The notes under the pieces are model-generated. The model did no database searches. It was given only the letters and a program-made list of their open reading frames with translations, and was not told the origin of the DNA. DNA of 64,000 bases from Burkholderiales bacterium (GTDB lineage: Bacteria > Pseudomonadota > Gammaproteobacteria > Burkholderiales > JAHFRG01), in assembly GCA_035624615.1 (NCBI GenBank), contig DASPRE010000010.1:155-64154 (forward strand). The letters run 5' to 3'. This document shows positions 59,786 to 64,000 of the stretch, one piece after another (the stretch's first letter is position 1; each line of letters starts with the position of its first letter). A program made the translations under genes and the position numbers.

Positions 59786-62266
59786 ATGTTGACATGGTTC
59801 TGGATACTTGTAGCTCTGGCACTGGTCTTGGGCCTGGCCTACCACCGTGCTTCTGGCTGGGTATGGAGCGCGGGCGTCCTCGCTCTTGCAGTAATAACCA
59901 TTAACTCGGTTCCCGCGTTAAGCGTGCTGCTGTGGGTCGCTTTTGCGGTTTCACTTACTGTTAATCTCCCTTTCGTGCGATCGAGGCTGATTAGCGAGCC
60001 GCTACTTTACAGATTCAAAAAAACGCTGCCACAGGTTTCCCAGACCGAACGGGAGGCCTTGGATGCCGGCACCGTATGGTGGGATGGCGATCTGTTCAGT
60101 GGGAGTCCCAACTGGAAAAAGCTCCTCGCGGTACCAAAGCCGCAGCTCACTCAGGAGGAACAGGCATTTCTCGACGGGCCAACAGAGCAGTTGTGCGCGA
60201 TGGTGGATGAATGGCGCATCACGCACGAGCTTTACGATTTGCCTGCCGAAGTCTGGCAGTTCATTAAGGACCAGGGATTCTTCGGCATGATCATTCCCAA
60301 GCAATACGGGGGCAAAGGTTTTTCGGCTCTGGCGCATTCTGCGGTGATAACCAAGCTTGCGTCACGCAGCGGCACGGCAGCAGTATCGGTGATGGTTCCC
60401 AATTCCCTGGGTCCGGCTGAACTGCTTTTGCATTACGGCACCGAGGCGCAAAAAAATCATTATCTGCCGCGCCTGGCGCGGGGACAGGAACTTCCTTGCT
60501 TTGCATTGACCGGACCCGAGGCCGGTTCGGATGCGGGCTCGATTCCGGATTACGGCGTCGTCTGCCGCGGAGAATTTCAAGGAAAGCAAGACGTGCTGGG
60601 AATCCGCGTTACTTGGGAAAAACGTTACATCACGCTCGGCCCGGTGGCGACTTTGCTCGGGTTGGCATTCAAATTGTATGATCCCGACCGCTTGCTTGGG
60701 GGGGATGAAGAGGTGGGCATCACGCTGGCGCTGATACCGACCAATATGCCGGGCGTGAACATTGGGCGCCGCCATTTTCCACTCAATGCGGTTTTCCAGA
60801 ACGGGCCTAACTCCGGCAAGGATGTGTTCATTCCCATGAATTGGGTAATCGGCGGAGCGGAAAGCGCTGGTCACGGCTGGCGCATGCTGATGAACTGTCT
60901 GGCAGCGGGACGCTCGATTTCTTTGCCGGCCAGCAGTACCGGCATGAGCAAGCTTGCGGCGCGCGCTACCGGCGCCTATGCGCGTGTAAGAGTTCAGTTT
61001 AAAACCCCGATCGGCAAATTCGAAGGGGTGGAAGAAGCGCTGGCGCGCATCGGCGGCAACACTTACATGATGGACGCGGCGCGCGCGATGACCGCAGGTG
61101 CGCTAGACCTCGGCGAGAAACCTGCGGTGATTTCAGCCATCGTCAAATATCATCTTACCGAGCGCGGACGCCAGGTCATCAACGACGCGATGGATGTGCA
61201 TGGAGGCAAGGGCATTTGCATGGGCCCCGGCAATTATCTGGCGCGTGCCTATCAGCAAGTTCCCGTCAGTATTACCGTGGAAGGCGCGAATATTTTGACG
61301 CGCAGCATGATTATCTTCGGGCAAGGTGCGATCCGTTGCCATCCATATGTGTTGCAAGAAATCGCTGCCGCAAATAATCCGGATGTCGAAGTGGCGCTGG
61401 CTCAATTTGACTCTGCGCTGTTCGGGCATATGCGCTTTACTTTAAGCAACGCGGTGCGCTCGCTGTTCTTGGGATTGACCGGTGCGCGGCTCACGGTGGT
61501 TCCCAGAGCGCCGGATACCGCAAGCTATTTCCAGCAACTGACACGCATGAGCGCCGTGTTTGCACTGGTGGCGGATGTGGCATTGTTGGTGCTCGGGGGA
61601 AGACTGAAACGCAAGGAAAAACTTTCGGCGCGGCTCGGTGACGTGTTAAGCCTGCTTTACCTTTGTTCCGCAGTTTTGAAGCGCTACGAAGATGAGGGCG
61701 GGCAGCGCGCCGATTTGCCTCTGCTGCACTGGTCTTTGCAGGATGCGCTGTGGCGCATGCAGCACGCCATCAGCGGGGTACTCGATAACTTTCCTCGCAA
61801 AGGCTGGGCATGGCTGCTGCGGCGCATGGTATTTCCTTTGGGCAAAACCGTCAGTCCGCCGAGCGATAAGCTGGGCTGGCAAGTCGCGAGTCTGCTGCTT
61901 GAACCTTCTGCCACTCGCGACAGACTGACGGCGGGGATCTATATTCCGGTCAACGAGGCCGATCCGATTGGACGCCTCGATATCGCGCTACAGAGCGTAA
62001 TTGCAGCTGAAGCCATTGAAGCTAAAATTCGCGAAGCAGTTAAAGCGGAACGCATCGCGGGCAAAACAACCGAGGAAAGCACGGCCCAAGCCGTACGGGA
62101 AGGGATCATCAGTGCGGCCGAAATGGAGATATTGGCGAAAGCGAAGGCACTGCGCCGTGAAGTCATCATGGTGGACGATTTTCCGCCTGATTTCGGCAAG
62201 GCCGCGCCCGCGAAAGACGGGGCTACGCAACGAGAAATGTTATCCTCGGGCAGGAAGACGGCGTAA
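59786..62266 (+). CDS. fadE: Acyl-CoA dehydrogenase FadE (long form with N-terminal membrane anchor)
   Basis: 826 aa. N-terminal TM helices are followed by TEREALDAGTVWWDGDLFSG and EEQAFLDGP. It looks collinear with E. coli FadE as recalled from memory (not aligned), with the acyl-CoA dehydrogenase core after that. Confidence 0.92.
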   Translation: MLTWFWILVALALVLGLAYHRASGWVWSAGVLALAVITINSVPALSVLLWVAFAVSLTVNLPFVRSRLISEPLLYRFKKTLPQVSQTEREALDAGTVWWDGDLFSGSPNWKKLLAVPKPQLTQEEQAFLDGPTEQLCAMVDEWRITHELYDLPAEVWQFIKDQGFFGMIIPKQYGGKGFSALAHSAVITKLASRSGTAAVSVMVPNSLGPAELLLHYGTEAQKNHYLPRLARGQELPCFALTGPEAGSDAGSIPDYGVVCRGEFQGKQDVLGIRVTWEKRYITLGPVATLLGLAFKLYDPDRLLGGDEEVGITLALIPTNMPGVNIGRRHFPLNAVFQNGPNSGKDVFIPMNWVIGGAESAGHGWRMLMNCLAAGRSISLPASSTGMSKLAARATGAYARVRVQFKTPIGKFEGVEEALARIGGNTYMMDAARAMTAGALDLGEKPAVISAIVKYHLTERGRQVINDAMDVHGGKGICMGPGNYLARAYQQVPVSITVEGANILTRSMIIFGQGAIRCHPYVLQEIAAANNPDVEVALAQFDSALFGHMRFTLSNAVRSLFLGLTGARLTVVPRAPDTASYFQQLTRMSAVFALVADVALLVLGGRLKRKEKLSARLGDVLSLLYLCSAVLKRYEDEGGQRADLPLLHWSLQDALWRMQHAISGVLDNFPRKGWAWLLRRMVFPLGKTVSPPSDKLGWQVASLLLEPSATRDRLTAGIYIPVNEADPIGRLDIALQSVIAAEAIEAKIREAVKAERIAGKTTEESTAQAVREGIISAAEMEILAKAKALRREVIMVDDFPPDFGKAAPAKDGATQREMLSSGRKTA

Positions 62267-62323
62267 TGCAGACGATCCGGCCAAGCGCGTCGTGGCATGG
62301 ATCGAAAGGTGCGCAAACTCGCC

Positions 62324-63094
62324 ATGTCGCTCGAACGTAAAACCATATTCATCACCGGCGCCTCGCGCGGCATCGGGCGCGGGGTCGCCCTGTGCTGCAC
62401 GTGACGGGTTGAAAATCGTGGTAACCGGCAAGACCGTAAAGCCTCGCGTCAAACTTACCGGCACCATTTACAGCGTTGCGGACGAAGTACAGCCGGCAGG
62501 CAGCAAGGCGTTGCCGATCCAACTCGATGTGCGCGATGAAAGCGCAGTTTACGCGGGTGCCGATGCTGCGGAAACATTTGGCGGGATCGATATTTTGGTG
62601 AACAACGCCGGCGCTATCAGTTTAACCGATACGCAAGCACGCCGATGAATCGCTTCGATCTCATGTTCTCAATCGACGTGCGCGACACGTTCCTAAGCTC
62701 GCAGGCATGCGTCCCTTATCTTAGGCGCGCCGCAAATCCGCATATTCTGAATCTGTCGCTGCCAATCCATTTGCATGCCAGATGATTCAAAAACCATCTC
62801 GCCTACACCATGTCTAAGTACGGCATGAGCCCGTGTACCCTAGGAATGTCTAAGGACTTGGCAGGCTGTGGCATTGCGGTCAATTCACTGTGGCCGCGCG
62901 CGACCATTGCCACTGCAGCGATCGAAACGCATTTCCCGAGTGAAGTGTACAAGGCGAGCCGAAACCCGCAGCTCATGGCGGATGCGGCTTATATAATTTT
63001 CAATTGCGACAGCCGCAGCACGACCGCCAATTTCTTTCCTGATGAGAATGTTTTGCGCGGCGCGGGAATTACCGATTTTTCGTTGTATGCCTAA
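62324..63094 (+). pseudogene. Disrupted SDR-family oxidoreductase (HSDL2-like short-chain dehydrogenase)
   Basis: The homologous reading is split. ATG 62324 gives MSLERKTIFITGASRGIGRGVAL, then a premature TGA at 62402. The homology continues in another frame (AARDGLKIVVTGKT ... DILVNNAGAISLTDTQ) to a TGA at 62646-48. It returns to the original frame (TPMNRFDLMFSIDVRDTFLSSQACVPYL ... ) with an in-frame TGA at 62783-85, where homologues have Trp (WFKNH). It then continues as FKNHLAYTMSKYGMS ... to a TAA at 63092-94. That makes two frameshifts and one nonsense codon. Confidence 0.8.
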
Positions 63095-63141
63095 CGCCTG
63101 GTGCTAAGCTCGCGACCGATTTGTTTGTCGATTAAAATGTC

Positions 63142-64000
63142 ATGTTGAAATATTTCGCGGATACCGAGAGCTTGAATCAAAAATTGCCCGAAACGCATAT
63201 TATTCCCGTTGCGACTGCGGGTACTTTAAGCGGACTGTTCCGCGAGCGTGTCAGGCGCACGCCGGATGCCGTTGCCTACCGTGAGTTCAATCAGCAGCAC
63301 GGCAATTGGCGCGATTACACGTGGGAGCAGATGCAGCGCCAAGTGGTGCGTTGGCAGGCGGCATTGAGAAGCGAGGCGCTGGTGTCTGGCGACAGGGTAG
63401 CCATGATGCTTCGCAACGGAACTGACTGGGTCATCGTGGATCAGGCGGCCTTGGGTTTGGGGCTGGTGGTGGTGCCGCTTCACACCGTGGACCGCCCGGA
63501 CAACGTGGCTTATATACTGAAGGATGCCGGAATCAAATTACTTCTTCTTGAAAACCGGGAGCAATGGAAGCAGCTTGAAGCAGTACGGAACGAGTGGGAA
63601 GGCTCGGGCCTGCAACGCATCCTGGTGCTGAATGGAATCGACATCCCTGACAGAAATGATGCGCGCCTCGCAGCAGCGCAAGATTGGCTTCCTGAAGAAG
63701 GCGCGCAGGAAATGGAAACGCTGGGAAAGCCCGGCGAACTTGCCACCATCGTCTACACTTCCGGCACCACCGGGCGTCCAAAGGGAGTGATGTTAAGCCA
63801 TTTTAATATATTGTCGGACGTGCACGATTCACTGCAAACCTTGCAGCTGCCGCAGGATTCGCTGTTCCTGTCATTTCTGCCGCTCTCGCACACCTTCGAG
63901 CGCACCGTCGGCTATTATCTGGCTATCATGGCGGGCGGTACGGTTGCTTATGCGCGCTCCATACCGCTGTTGGCAGAAGACCTGCAGAGCATCCGACCCA
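63142..64000 (+). CDS. Long-chain-fatty-acid--CoA ligase (AMP-dependent synthetase), N-terminal part; runs off the window end
   Basis: Absent from the ORF track because it has no stop in the window. ATG 63142 is open to 64000. It translates MLKYFADTESLNQKLPETHIIPVATAGTLSGLFRERVRRTPDAVAYREF ... with the AMP-binding motif YTSGTTGRPKGVMLSH. Confidence 0.85.
   Translation, partial: MLKYFADTESLNQKLPETHIIPVATAGTLSGLFRERVRRTPDAVAYREFNQQHGNWRDYTWEQMQRQVVRWQAALRSEALVSGDRVAMMLRNGTDWVIVDQAALGLGLVVVPLHTVDRPDNVAYILKDAGIKLLLLENREQWKQLEAVRNEWEGSGLQRILVLNGIDIPDRNDARLAAAQDWLPEEGAQEMETLGKPGELATIVYTSGTTGRPKGVMLSHFNILSDVHDSLQTLQLPQDSLFLSFLPLSHTFERTVGYYLAIMAGGTVAYARSIPLLAEDLQSIRP

Noticed and set aside
62783-62785. 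The in-frame TGA at a conserved Trp position in the SDR gene could be recoding (TGA as Trp or selenocysteine).
   Set aside because: Many confident genes in the window end with TGA (clpB, cydX, iscR and the DUF1800 gene, for example). The same gene also carries two frameshifts, and a Trp position is not a Sec site.
1-64000. I looked for tRNA, rRNA or tmRNA genes, CRISPR arrays, IS elements, integrases, phage genes, toxin-antitoxin pairs and known defence genes.
   Set aside because: No T-loop-like GGTTCGAATCC strings or cloverleaf-sized conserved segments appear in the intergenic gaps. There are no spaced direct repeats and no transposase-, integrase-, reverse-transcriptase- or nuclease-like ORFs. 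Apart from the 40.8-41.2 kb leader, the gaps between genes are under 200 bp. This was done by eye only, so tRNAscan and Infernal should confirm it.

Overview
This window looks like core chromosome from a Gram-negative proteobacterium. The conserved gene orders (dapA-bamC, suhB/trmJ-cysE-iscR, tsaB-rimI-udg) and the protein sequences suggest a betaproteobacterium, but that is inference only. Coding density is high on both strands, and about 65 genes can be called. In order they are:
- nadC (partial);
- a cytochrome bd operon: a cydP-like gene, cydA, cydB, an unlisted 38-codon cydX and a coupled haloacid-dehalogenase-type gene;
- clpB behind a textbook sigma-32 promoter, followed by a persulfide-dioxygenase/rhodanese fusion;
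- dapA-bamC, roxA, bcp, mutS and suhB;
- trmJ-cysE-iscR-(nifS-like desulfurase)-iscA joined to sufBCDS-sufU-nfu-Rieske;
- a CPA2 antiporter with a Usp protein, serB, mfd and ispDF-thpR;
- a DUF1800/DUF1501 pair;
- an OprB-type porin and mgtA behind a long leader;
- tsaB-rimI-udg, lemA-TPM-TPM, lplT and alr-radA;
- an acyl-CoA synthetase, a Liv-type ABC transporter, fadE, a decayed SDR gene and a partial fadD-like gene.

I saw no rRNA, tRNA, CRISPR array, transposase, integrase, phage gene or recognisable defence gene, and no clear-cut novel system. The most interesting signals are:
- four IscR type-1-like operators tying cysE, iscR and the suf operon into one regulon, within a reduced ISC/SUF hybrid cluster;
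- a roughly 290-nt leader upstream of porin-mgtA with a Shine-Dalgarno-preceded 14-codon upstream ORF;
- the uncharacterised Tat-dependent DUF1800/DUF1501 module;
- an SDR pseudogene carrying two frameshifts and a Trp-to-TGA change.

All family assignments come from motif recognition by eye. No searches were run.
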